Origin: Nemertoderma westbladi
Lineage: Eukaryota > Animalia > Xenacoelomorpha
Length of the DNA: 64,000 nucleotides
Direction of reading: 5' to 3'
NCBI GenBank assembly: GCA_032718475.1
Contig: JAUCBJ010001484.1
Location: 1-64,000 of the forward strand
Below, piece by piece: positions 37,407 to 50,450 of the stretch. The notes under the pieces are model-generated. The model was not told the origin of the DNA. It ran no database searches and saw nothing but the letters and a program-made list of their open reading frames with translations. The position numbers were made by a program, and so were the translations under genes. Position 1 is the first letter of the stretch; the number at the start of each line of letters is the position of its first letter.

Positions 37407-37809
37407 GCCTTTTACATTCCCAGTGGTGAGTGTAACTAAAAAATGCAAATTTTAAAATATTACCTAGACCGGCTAGACCTAATTTCAATATATTGCAACT
37501 TTAACATTTGCCCCTTAGAACTCTACATACATGAAGTTCCCTACTTTCAACGTTTACAAACTTTTGCTATCCTTACGGATGTTGCATCTTTGGGGTTGTT
37601 TCTCTACCCCCACTAAATTCACAATTTCGGTTCGAACGAGCCTAATTTTTAAATCGAAGGGGTGCCAGAAGTTTGTAAATATTCGAAAATTGAGGTTACT
37701 TTGATTGAAAGCGTTCTTAGGGGCAAATGTTAAAATTACGATATTTTCGATAAAGCTATAATAAATATTAATTTTTTAGTTACACTCATCACACAGGGAA
37801 TGTAAAGGC
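37407..37809. mobile_element. Foldback/MITE-like element, ~400 bp
   Basis: Inverted arms GCCTTTTACATTCCC..TGAGTGTAACTAAAAAA..TTTAACATTTGCCCCT versus AGGGGCAAATGTTAAA..TTTTTTAGTTACACTCA..GGGAATGTAAAGGC. Confidence 0.8.
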
Positions 37810-37959
37810 AGTCCCCATTTTTTTAGTTAGACTCATCGGCGAATTAATATTTTGGCCTATCTCCTATCAATGTCAAAAATATAAATTAAGGGAAAGGAAC
37901 AGATTACAGTGGCATGTTTTCTAACCAAAACAATAAACAGAGTCAATAGTTAACAGATT

Positions 37960-40255
37960 ATTTGTGTCTATTTTCCCCTGGAGATTAATTTTGATTGTAT
38001 CGAAAGTTACCCCATCTGCACTCACCACAGCGCACAGGGAATTGTTTAACAGATATAAACAAAAAGCCCTTCCACCTCACAGTCCATCACGATTCGCGAT
38101 GATCCATGGCTTCCCACTTTTGACACAATCCTCCATCATGGTACCAGGTGAGTCTCTTTGACACAATCATCCATGTTGCTGCCATATGTGTCAGTTTTTC
38201 TTTCGTTGTTGCCAACTCTTCAATTATCTCTCTGAGAGCAAGAATGGGCTACATGGTCCCACGATCTTTACGGAACACATTCTGGTTTCGGCGTAGCAGT
38301 CTCTCAACGGGGTCGAAATAATGGTTTGTTGGTTTTTCTTCCTATTCAGCAAGTTGATAAATTTCCATGCCTGGGATGGTGGCTGATTGTTGATGTCATC
38401 AACATGCTGTCAGATTATTAGAGCAACAGATATCTATCATTACTACAGTATGATAGATTATCAGAATACGGCATAATTCAGGGATCTACTGTAGTTGAGC
38501 CTCAATTGCCGCCTTAGACACATTCTTAGTCGCCTTATTGTTTTTGAGCGGGGCTCATTCTGTGTCTTACACTAGTGAGGTCCTCTCGGCACTTCCGAAT
38601 TCTGTGGCCAGTCCTGGGTGGTTTTTCTGTTCCGAGGTTTGTATAAAGGAACTGTTTCTTTTATTCCCCTTGCATAAGCAGCTACTCCATTAAGCCCTAG
38701 GAACACCAATGTGTCAATTTTTCCATCTGTATTCCTAACACTTTCTTCATCTTGCGCAAATGTCACATCTGCTGATCTGCACCACCCGAGCTACTACCGT
38801 GGTACGAGACCAACACTGATCATCACTCATAATACCTTATTTGTCTCGAGTTTCATACCATAATGCTAGGAGACCACAAGCTCTCGGTTACTTTAAAGTT
38901 CCTCAAGGCAGGATCTCATTATTAGGACTTTCGGTTCTTTTGCACTTTAGTTGACATAGGCCATGATTTTTCAAACTTCAAACAAAAAGTTTTCAAACTT
39001 AACTATATCACCTACCATACCAACATCATTGATGTTCTAGAACACTTATGTTTTATTCTAACATTTTTTAAATTAAGAATAAAAAATAAAAATAAAAAGA
39101 ATAAGAATATTGGTAAGAATATTTTATCATTTTAGTTATTTTTTTTCATTTTATTTTATAATTTTATTCTAGAACATAAACAATACTAATACAAATTTTA
39201 TGGCCTGGCCAACTATTAAAGTGCAAAAGAACCTGACTTTCTACCATATTCGTCGTAATTATTAGTACATGCGTTTCTGCGTTGTATCCGCCCCATTCCG
39301 TTTCTCAATGACTGTTGGCAGTTTTCCATGGGCATGGGCATGTATGGCTGAGTAAACGTGCTAAAAGAGTGCTCTACTCTAATGGAGTTATCTGCTCCTC
39401 CATGGTATGGTGGTTAAGCTAGTCGAGGATATCTATTGTGAGGGCAGCATCCAACTCATCCCTAAGTTTCGCAGCTCTCCATGACGATGACAGCTTGCAC
39501 TAAGATAGTGCCTGTTGGTTGTGTACTGGTTGATCCTGCCGTCAAAAACAGTACCCAGCAAGCGTCAGGCCGCGTCTCTCCATGTACTTTATCGTACAGG
39601 TTTCATTTTATCTACGGAGAAGATATTATTTTCCATTCCCTCCCACATTATGTAGACATCATCCCATTGTCTCAAACCTTCATGACTTCAGCTCCTACTT
39701 GGAGCCATGTACTAACTGTCCTCAGTGTGTATGTAATGCTCCATTCCATCAGTATATGTCGCGTGGCAACCATCACGGAATGAGTCCAGGTTCAAAAAGG
39801 CTAAGGCAGCAGTTAATGGTGCAGGTGTAGCCAGGTCCATGAACAGACAGTAGGCCTACTCTGATAATCTACAGGAGCTTATCATCAGCAAGATGCTACC
39901 ATCAATGATGCCGATGGCGATGATAGCAGCAAATCAGCCCAGTCATGTAAATCGACCCTTTGCTGACTGGGATGTTGAGCCAACCAACCATGAAGGTTAA
40001 GGTTGAATTTCCAGCTGATCGCCTTAATGGTTGGAAGTCCCACTCTAAGAAGCTCCTAAATAATGACAGAACATTGCCTGAAAACTTTGTGGAACAAAAA
40101 GTGTCGGAGTCTGTACTCCGAGATACCCATTGGGGACGTCTTTGCCTAAGTTATTAAGGCTGCTGCACTGAGAGAGCATTAAGACCAGTCCCCTCTGGTG
40201 TCCCCCTGAGGTCTTTAAAATACCAGAATGTTTACCAGAATTCATTCTCCCGATC
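37960..40255 (-). mobile_element. Highly decayed RTE-like LINE fragments, probably more than one copy
   Basis: - strand translation gives ERLLRRNQNVFRKDRGT..ILALREIIEE (~38210-38315) and ERRGLTLAGYCF..QDQPV (~39520-39580), resembling the RTE at 30 kb. Confidence 0.55.
38933..39233. mobile_element. Small MITE with ~35-bp terminal inverted repeats and AT-rich core
   Basis: GGTTCTTTTGCACTTTAGTTG..AGGCCAT versus ATGGCCT..CAACTATTAAAGTGCAAAAGAACC. Confidence 0.75.
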
Positions 40256-40271
40256 ACGTATGTTCAGTGTA

Positions 40272-41153
40272 CACCATGACCTTTAATATAGTGTCATTTT
40301 CTGACACGGACCCCCCCCCCCCCCAGATTTTTCTACAAATTTTTATCATATTGCTTGAAATTTGAAACACAACTAGTTCCACTCACCGTCGATGACCCCA
40401 TGGAGCCGGAATTTGTGATTTTACCTTTAATTTTTTTTAAAGCGTTTTTAAAAAGTGTCTTTTGCGAAATCACACCCTGCGTATCGTGGCCATTCTTTAC
40501 ATTAGTCGTAATTTTTTCATATCAATAAAAAGCATGCGTTGCAAGTATTCCAAATATGTAACAATATCTGAATTTCGTTGAGAAACAACTGAGATATAGG
40601 CGTTCAAAGATTGCAAGAATTATCGTTCGCTGAAGGCCATTTATTCTATTTAATAAATACACGATGTTCTGGAACATTTTGTTTATGTATGAATAGCTAC
40701 GCAATAGATATATTGGATAGGAATACCGCTGTTGCCAACCAACTCATGAAATAAATAACACATTCTAGAATTTTATGTATTTATTTGATAGAATAAATTG
40801 CCTACAGCGAATGATCGTTCTTGCAATATTTGAACTCCTAGTTCTCAGCTGTTTCTCAACGAAATTTAGATATTGTTACATATTTGGAATCCTTGCAACG
40901 CAAGCACAAATGTGAAGACTAATGTGACGAATGGTCACGATACGGATGGTGCAATTTCGCAAGACACTTTTTTAAAACGCTTATAAAAAAATTAATGTCA
41001 AAATCAAAAATTCCGTCTTCATAGGATCATCGACGGTGAGTGGAACTAGTGGTATTTCAAATTTCAAGCAATATGATAAAGATTTGTAGAAAAATCTGGG
41101 GGGGGGGGGGGTCGGTGTCATCAGAAAATGACACTATATTACGGGACATGGTG
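40272..41153. mobile_element. Foldback MITE, ~880 bp, almost wholly palindromic, TA-flanked (Tc1/mariner-like target)
   Basis: TA|CACCATG...CATGGTG|TA termini; arms of ~400 bp align as inverted repeats (poly-C/poly-G, CTAGTTCCACTCACCGTCGATGA, GTTGAGAAACA). Confidence 0.9.
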
Positions 41154-44100
41154 TACTTGCATTACATGGGATTCCTGAAGGATTATTGCAGCCAATCAGA
41201 TCAGTATAGTTTGACAACATTTGTGTCTACTGCTGATGGTGAAACAGATCTATTCGGAGTTTTTGGACACAGTAGCGTAGCAACATCAGGATCGTGTCGC
41301 CTTAGTGTACTTCTCGCGAGATCCCCCCCCCCCCCCCCCCCAGGCCCTCACCAGCGACTCTCTTTTACATGAAGTAAATAAAGTACGATGATTTTCTCCA
41401 TAGCGAAAAATAGCGACCGACCCTATACAGACTCGAACCCGTTACCTAGGTTTCAAACTTCCGGTTATCATCAGCCGGAGTTGTTATGGAGAACATTATC
41501 ATACTGTTCTATTACATTACCGGTATATATATATATTTAACGGATCACTATTGAACATGTTACAAAGACAGTCACCAATTTTTATGAAAATAAGCCAATG
41601 TTTTTTAATTAAATGTAAAAACTCGCAATTGTTAAAATAAATAAGTTGCTTTCATTTGTATCACTGTAGGAATGAAGAAGGACTGGAAAGTCTGTTATAA
41701 TAAGACAATTTTATGGAATAAAACTTAATATTGGACATTATTTATATTTTATTTAAGGCCGTTGAATAGGCCTACCCAACCCGACCATGTTGGGATAAAG
41801 TCAACTCGCAAGAAGCAGCAACCGTAATCTAGCGATGTTTGCGATGCTCCGCCCACCTTATCGCTATCCTTTATCGCCATTCTCCAAGGCACATCATTCA
41901 TAATTGGCCTACTTGCCTAATATTTCTCTATCATTGTCAGATTGTAGAGGAATATTTCCAGCTAGCTATTTAGCGGCATAAATGTGATTGCGGAGTGCGT
42001 AGGGGAGGGGTACCTCTTCCCTCAGATAAACGTTTCTCCCATCTCGGCACCTAAGTAGCAAGCCCTTTACTTCTGGTAATATTGCGATAAACATTTGACC
42101 GACCGGCTGTCTTCTAATAGTAATATTATCGGTATTCGTCCAGTTCTAAAATAATTCATCTAAAATTATTCGACCTACGTTTCAGTTAAATATTTCCCGC
42201 CAAATAAGTTGTTGTTGTTGTTATGGATACATAGTCCCATTATAACCCGTTTGGGGGTGTGTTAGGTCGTTATGTACCCGGGTCACATTCGCCCACGTAG
42301 AACGCCCACCCAATGGATGTTTCTCATTTGCGCAAAAAAGAAGAAAATTCAAAGTCTGTTTTTTATTATTATTATTATATAAATTGCAACAATGCGCTAC
42401 AATTAATAAACAATTAAACTTAAATTAACTTGTTTTTTAATCATAATCTGCTGATTAAAGTATTCAGTAAATGATATAATGTACCTACATGAATTTATAA
42501 CCAATTTGACCACATTAAATAGACGATTAAACGCAAGAAATACCCAAGTGTAGAAGACTCAGTTTAGCTAAGGCACTATAGACCCTAATTATTTTAATAA
42601 AAATCTATTAATTTCAATTTGAATTTGAAGGTAATTGGGTTGTTAATAACATAATTGACATGTTGAACAAATTGTTTTGTTAAAAATTATAATGTAAATG
42701 TAAACAATACATGTACCAAAGGCGATTAATAATGATACAACGAAAACCGCTGGAAAAATGTCTAGAAAACATATTTTTGGACAAGCAAAGTGTTGTTATG
42801 GTCAACTCAACAACTTAGATTTTATGGAAGAAACAAGGTATATTGCATTGTACTGTAATCGGAAATACAAGCAACAATATGGATGAGTTCATTTTATTCG
42901 TTGGATTTGCTTAAAAAGTACAGTAGAGTAAAAAGTACAATACTTTACGACTGAGAAATTATAGTTAAAACATACCCAGTACGTTTTCGGAGGCTATAAA
43001 ACTTGCTTTTTATTTCATGTCAAAAGTAGCTTGTTTGTTAAATAGTTAACACGGGTGTGGGGTGGTTCGTGGGGTATATTAATTGGTGCGTCAAGTGTTT
43101 GCGTTAGGGTTCACGCTATTCGTAGGCAGTGGACACAGAATTAATGATACACTGCTGAGTATGGTAGTGTTAACGGAACTCCCTGGAACCTACTAATGAT
43201 GACTGTAAGAGCCGTGTGGTACACTGCAACGGACACAGACAACAGTACAAGAATATAATAAAAGCGTCAACGTAACACCCACTTGAATTTTTACCCTTTC
43301 AGAACTTTATGTGACATTCATTAAACAATGGGAGTTTCCTTTCTAATCTTGGCAGTTGAACAAAACATGAATGTCTTGCGTTTTGTCAACTTGGTTTATA
43401 AACTATTCTACTATGGATAATTATAACTTTATTAGTTAAGCCCTTTGTGCTTTATAGTATATATATAATATATCTAATAGGCCTAAATATTGTACACTAA
43501 AAAATACACGCACGCACATAACTCAACTCGTCTTTCATTTATATTTTACAAAACAAAAATTAATAATATTCGTTATTTTCATTTTTTATTTCAATTAAAT
43601 GTAAACATTAGGCCTATAATATCCTTCGATTAAAATTAATTAATTTTATAGAAAATATAAATGTGTGGGGAGTGTTATTTTACGCTAAAAACATTATACC
43701 AAGTCACCACCACAATAATAATTACTCCTAAGAATCTTGAAAAGAGTTTTATAAACCCGACGAAAAGAAAACGTTGCCTTTTAGGCTATAAAAACTACAA
43801 CATGTAAGACAATTAATTGTGACGTCAAATTAAATGTAGCAGCTAATTCAACATTATTACAAAATAATACGTTGTGACAAGACAATGGAAGTAACTAGAT
43901 GAGATGGCTGAACTCTATAGAGATGTAACACAGCGACTGAAAACGAGAAAATGGTAAAAATACAAAAATAGGTCTACATTAAGAAATATTAATTATTTTA
44001 ATAATTAAAGAAAAAAAGTTATAAACCATGTTTTTGTTCACCAAGACTTATGATATTATGGTAAAAAACTGAGTGTCAGATTAAATTGAAATTGTACGTG

Positions 44101-45099
44101 ACGTTTAGCAACCCCCCCCCCCCCCCCCGAACCATTTGTTGGGATAGCTGGAATTTAGACGAAAAAAAAACATTATCATATAATCAAAAATTAAGGATGA
44201 TATGATATAGTCTAGTGGAATGTTGATAAATGGGAAAAAAACTGTTTGCAGCAAAAAAATTATTATAAAAAAAGTGGATAGAAAGAACCCGCTGGGTGAA
44301 ATAGTAATTAACTGAATGTTAATTAAACTGTAGTACCTTCGGTTGGTTTTAGTAACACAGATTTAAACGAAGAGGAAACATCACAAAGGAGACAATGTGA
44401 ACCAGTTCAGTAGCTACTGTAGAAAGCAATAACTGCAAGTAAAACCTACTTGTCGAGCTACACTCAGTACCTAAACCCTAAAACTGCTAAACTTACCCTG
44501 AATATCTAAAACCTACTAAATACCGATAGATAACATGGTTGTCAAATATACATTCTATATTATAATGTATTCATTATTAATTAATACGGAATGATAACTA
44601 ATTAATGTACATATACAAACTATATGTACACAGGTAATGATAATGAATGCACTCAAAGGAGCAATCGATATGTCTATCCGTTACACGGACGATAAAAACA
44701 AAATGAAATTATTATTCGACTAATTAATATAAACTATTTTAATATAACAAGTTTTTTTTTCATAGAAAATCAAATAAATGATAGTTAGAATACAAAGTGA
44801 CAATGCATTGATTCACTGCCGGGGAGGGGAGGGGGAGGGGGGGATAAATCCAACTCGAGGTGGGTTATCTAGAGCTAGAGAGAGTGTTACCTGGTTAGTA
44901 TAGAGCGAATCCTATGGAATTATAACCAAAACAAGAGTTACTGTAGTCTGTCTACCTTAGTAGGCAATTAGGTAGGTAAATAAATGGAGACAACGTTCCA
45001 GAATAACCAGGTAACTCATAGTAACCGTTACTGTCCAACCTTGTTTTATATAATTAACCTGCACAATGCACACAGTTAGCATTATATTAGCATGCCGTC

Positions 45100-45933
<834 letters not shown>

Positions 45934-46725
45934 TCACAGTTTATATTATACGACTATATCGACTTCACACAATTGCAAGAAAACTATGATATTTCACATT
46001 TTGTTTATAAAGTGTCGGGTGTTTTATTCCAACCGAGTTGACTAAATGAAGCTGCTAAGTTTGTTAGGCGTTGAAAATGTAAAACCCGATTGTTTTACTA
46101 AGAAAAAAATCGTATTCTCCAACCAACAACCTTCTGCGGTTCTCAGAAAACTAACCATAAAACCATCCGCAAGGATTCTATTAATTGTCTCTCTGTTTTA
46201 ATTTTGGCTAATATATGTCATCTTTCCCCTCGTTGTTTCTCATTGAATGAGAGCTCACCGCCTATCCAATTAGAACTCCAGTTATGATATAGTTAGTTGA
46301 GGGGTGTCATCCCTCCCTGTACCACTGGGCTACTTAAATACCCACTCGGGCACACCTCGGGCCCAGTTTTTTTTAATTTCCTGCGGCCGGCGACCACATT
46401 TGCAACTTATGCGATTTCCTTTTCTCCGCCCAATAATTGTAAGTCAGTCAGTCAGTCATATATATACTAAACACACAAATGATATGTAGTTTGATTGAAA
46501 GTCAGGTCGTTTTTTTTCGTTAAAGCACAAAAAATCGAAAAATAAGTCCTCAGGTATATATAACACTTTATTTCACAAACTATATGGCAAAACGAAAGTG
46601 ATTTTTTTAATAAAAGGATCTAAATTCCAAGATCCAGAAGGTGTGGTCATGCGTGGTCACAGATTTAATACGGTATATAATTAAAATTAATTAATAATAC
46701 CGTAAAATACCTATAAATAAACTCA

Positions 46726-47013
<288 letters not shown>

Positions 47014-49517
47014 CTAATGAGGGGGGGGGGGGGGGGGGTAATTATAAGTAAAACCAGCAATATTACTTTAAATATTTAAATGAAAAACTAAGGTTTAATA
47101 GGTCAAACCTTGGAAACATTTTATATTATTGTAGGGATATCGGTATCTCAAATAGAAATAAACTGAAAAACATCAGGTATAATATGATTGCAGATATATT
47201 GAGTACAGGGACGTCCTAGAGTGCTTGAGAATCAAAGTAAACAATAAATATATAGCTAGTGAGTGTTGTTTACAAACCAACCAACTTTTTCGAGTGGCTT
47301 GTGAAGCCTCTCGAGTAAATCATAGTAAAAAACATGCAACATGCCTACAATAAGAGTAGATAAGGAAAGACGACTATAATAACAGTGAATATGGAATTAA
47401 TGACAACGCCCTTTAATAACAAAATAATAATGTATATGATTAATCCAAAACGAGCATTAGTATTATTTGGGACCATATACAAATACAACAAATTTACTAA
47501 GTCTGATCACGTTTATATACACACCAGCAGAGGTCTGGCTGTATAAACCACGAGATCTGGATCTTGGGACCTGGCTGTACGTAGTAGGTGCCTATAAACC
47601 TAAACACTAAGCTGTAGCTGACATTGACATTAATATTGTCTTCTAACATTAACCTTATACATACATTTAATCACATATCGATATCATACGCGAATCAGGG
47701 GTATAATATAAGGCAACTATATAAACTGATAATAAGGTCCCTATTATATTAATCGTTAATGTTAGGCATCCGTCTCATACCCGACATATAAATATTCGAC
47801 TATAGGTAAATGGAATACCATACATACGGTAGATACAGCGGTCTGCAATGCATGATATCTTTTATATGATCACCAAATCGGCAAAATATTATTATAGATT
47901 GCGATTTCATATAATAACGGGAGACAAACGTTTCCCTTATCTATCATTGTTTGCAGGAACTTCTACTGGTCCCCAGAAAGTCAAATATACTCAAGGTATC
48001 AGATTCCGTAGACCTAAGCCTTGCGGTTTACACTCAGGTAGATGTCTTGTTTGACCAGTTAACTGCACTTATCCATAGGGTAAATGTATGCACACAAATG
48101 TTTAAACATGCTGATAACAGCCAATAGGTAAACTAAAAATATCAAAGCTAAATGAGATCAATATATCCATTTATCATAGGGGGATTACAAGCTTGTAAGA
48201 ATAACCATAGCTCTGACCTGAGCTATACCTTAGTGCAAATTAGGTTCTTTTCCTTTAGTTTAACTACATTCAGTGAATGCAGTTACATTTAATACACAAC
48301 AACCCAATATAAAAACGATTCTCTTTGTTCAAAAATGTCACCATTATTATATTAGTCTATCATTATTCATCAGTCATATCATCATTATTATAACATTTAC
48401 TCAAGTCTGCCAACTTATTGTTGGCGTCTCGGGTACACTCTCTGCTTATCAGTGCCAGAAACTGGACAATAACAGGTCCGCCTGCCGTGTTATTGTGTTT
48501 ATATACACAGGACTAATTAAAATAAATCAGCCATCATCAGCGAGTCCATCAATATTATATACAATGCAGGGCTCACTCCATCACTCACTACTCAAAGCCC
48601 ATAAAATAATCTGAGGTACATTGTCACATATTTTGGCAATCCGCCCTATCGTTCTATCTTAATAACTCACACCCAAACCCCTTAATTGTTGAGGTAAGTG
48701 TAATAAAGAAAGAGTCCCATCTCAGTTACCATCTCCTGAAAAGACTCACAGACAGACAATTGTTCACACAGTTGTGATGTTTTATTTTGTAGATTCAGGA
48801 CATAGACATGCCCGGGTGAAGTTTTCTGCGAGCGATGATATTAATAGGTATGCCCTAGCCAAAAGTGCGGTCACATAGGAAAAAGGAAGTTAAAAAAACA
48901 AAACGAAAAATTCAAAACAAACAAAAGGTTATACTAAAATTTTGAGTGTTATACGGTGTTTCATGCTACAGACAGACTATGTTGTACTATGATAAGTATG
49001 AAATAGGGCTGTAGGCCGAAAGACTACTTTATAATTGATTAATATAAGCCTAGACGTAGACAGACAAGACATACAGATTAATAATTAAATTTACAATACA
49101 AAACATTCAATAACTATAATGTTACAAGTCCTAAACAATTTTAGAAATAAATAGCATGATAAAGAGAAAATAAATCCAGCTCCATTCGAAAGCCCGTATT
49201 TCCGCTTTTTCTCAAGGAAATCCAGCTGTTGGGTTGGGGGAACGCAACCCTAAAACAACTTTTTTAATTGAAAGCACCTAATTTTGAGTTTTCAATTACT
49301 AACGTTAGGCCTATGTACTTTTTTGCCATCATCAAATTAAATTTCAAAAGCTACACCTACAATGAATGAGTAGCCAGTAGAGTAGTTAGTTAGGTTACTT
49401 TTCTTTAAGGTATAGGCCTACTACCGGCAGACCGGTAGTAGTAGGCCTATTGAATAATGAATACCGGTACCGTATACTGGTACTTGTACTGTACGGTACA
49501 CGTACGTTTATACTTAC

Positions 49518-49685
49518 ATAGTAATCCCTGACCTGGGTCTTAAATGGTTCACAACCAGGTTCCAGTTTCGGTTGAATTGCGCCCAGACCGAGATGAGCGT
49601 GCGGGGGCTGGTTCTCGGCGTGGTGATATGCCTGGTGGTAGGCCGCGTGGGGGTGTACGCTCGGTGGTACAAACATCGTATTCAT
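49518..49685 (-). CDS. SoxB1: SoxB1 probable first coding exon (MNTMFVPPSVHPHAAYHQAY...KTQVRDYY)
   Basis: GC-rich His/Pro-rich frame, donor TAT|gtaagt in phase 0, matching the acceptor at 47013; joined CDS is 411 codons. Confidence 0.72.
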
Positions 49686-49949
49686 GGAGGTCGCGAATAT
49701 CAACAGCCGACAGGAAAGCAAACGCAGAATCGCAGAGACAGGAACTAGATCACAATACGGCCTAGTGCAGTTTATGTTCGAGAAAATAAGTTCAGAATAA
49801 CATTAGATAATTAACTTGCTTTCCCAATATTGTACTACTGGCTTTCTTTAGAAATCTACTATGTAAATTATTATTACTAAGCCCAGTTTAAATATTTACT
49901 CTAAGCGGTGAAACACAACCATTATAGTCGCCTAAAATTATTATATGTC

Positions 49950-50450
49950 TTTGAATTAACATTAGGAAATCATCTCTACTAAAACCTTGAGACGCAGAAG
50001 GGTTTCCACTGTTCCACTGGCACTGTCCAATCACGAGAGAGACAATGAAACTACAAGCTGTTGTTGGCTAACCAACAGGGGGAAGTCAAGCTTAGCTGGG
50101 TTCACTGGAGAACAACGGATTGGCAAGGCAGAGTGAGCTAGGCACTAGCTGCTAGCAGTGGCCTAAACTCCCTCCCTCTCTGACGGCTTGGAAAACTATT
50201 GATTGTGCACGGGCTAACAATAAATATAATGGAGCACATTGTTCGGATTTCTAAACACGGTCCCTCCTCTATGGACTTGGCACTATTGTTAGGAGTTAAT
50301 GTTTGAGAAACTTGAAAAGTCCGATGTTAAAGATTGAATTGAATTACTGTTTGGTTTATTATGATATCACGCGGACAATGAATTAGGCCTATTGTGAATC
50401 GGATAATAGATTGATTGGGAGTGGAAAAGCAGAATGGTAAAATAGCCTTT
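49950..50450 (-). promoter_or_regulatory. Putative SoxB1 proximal promoter region
   Basis: CCAAT/ATTGG boxes (~50027, ~50119, ~50414), AT-rich TATA-like tract at ~50220, and several Sox-type (A/T)(A/T)CAAT/ATTGT sites. TSS not determinable. Confidence 0.4.
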
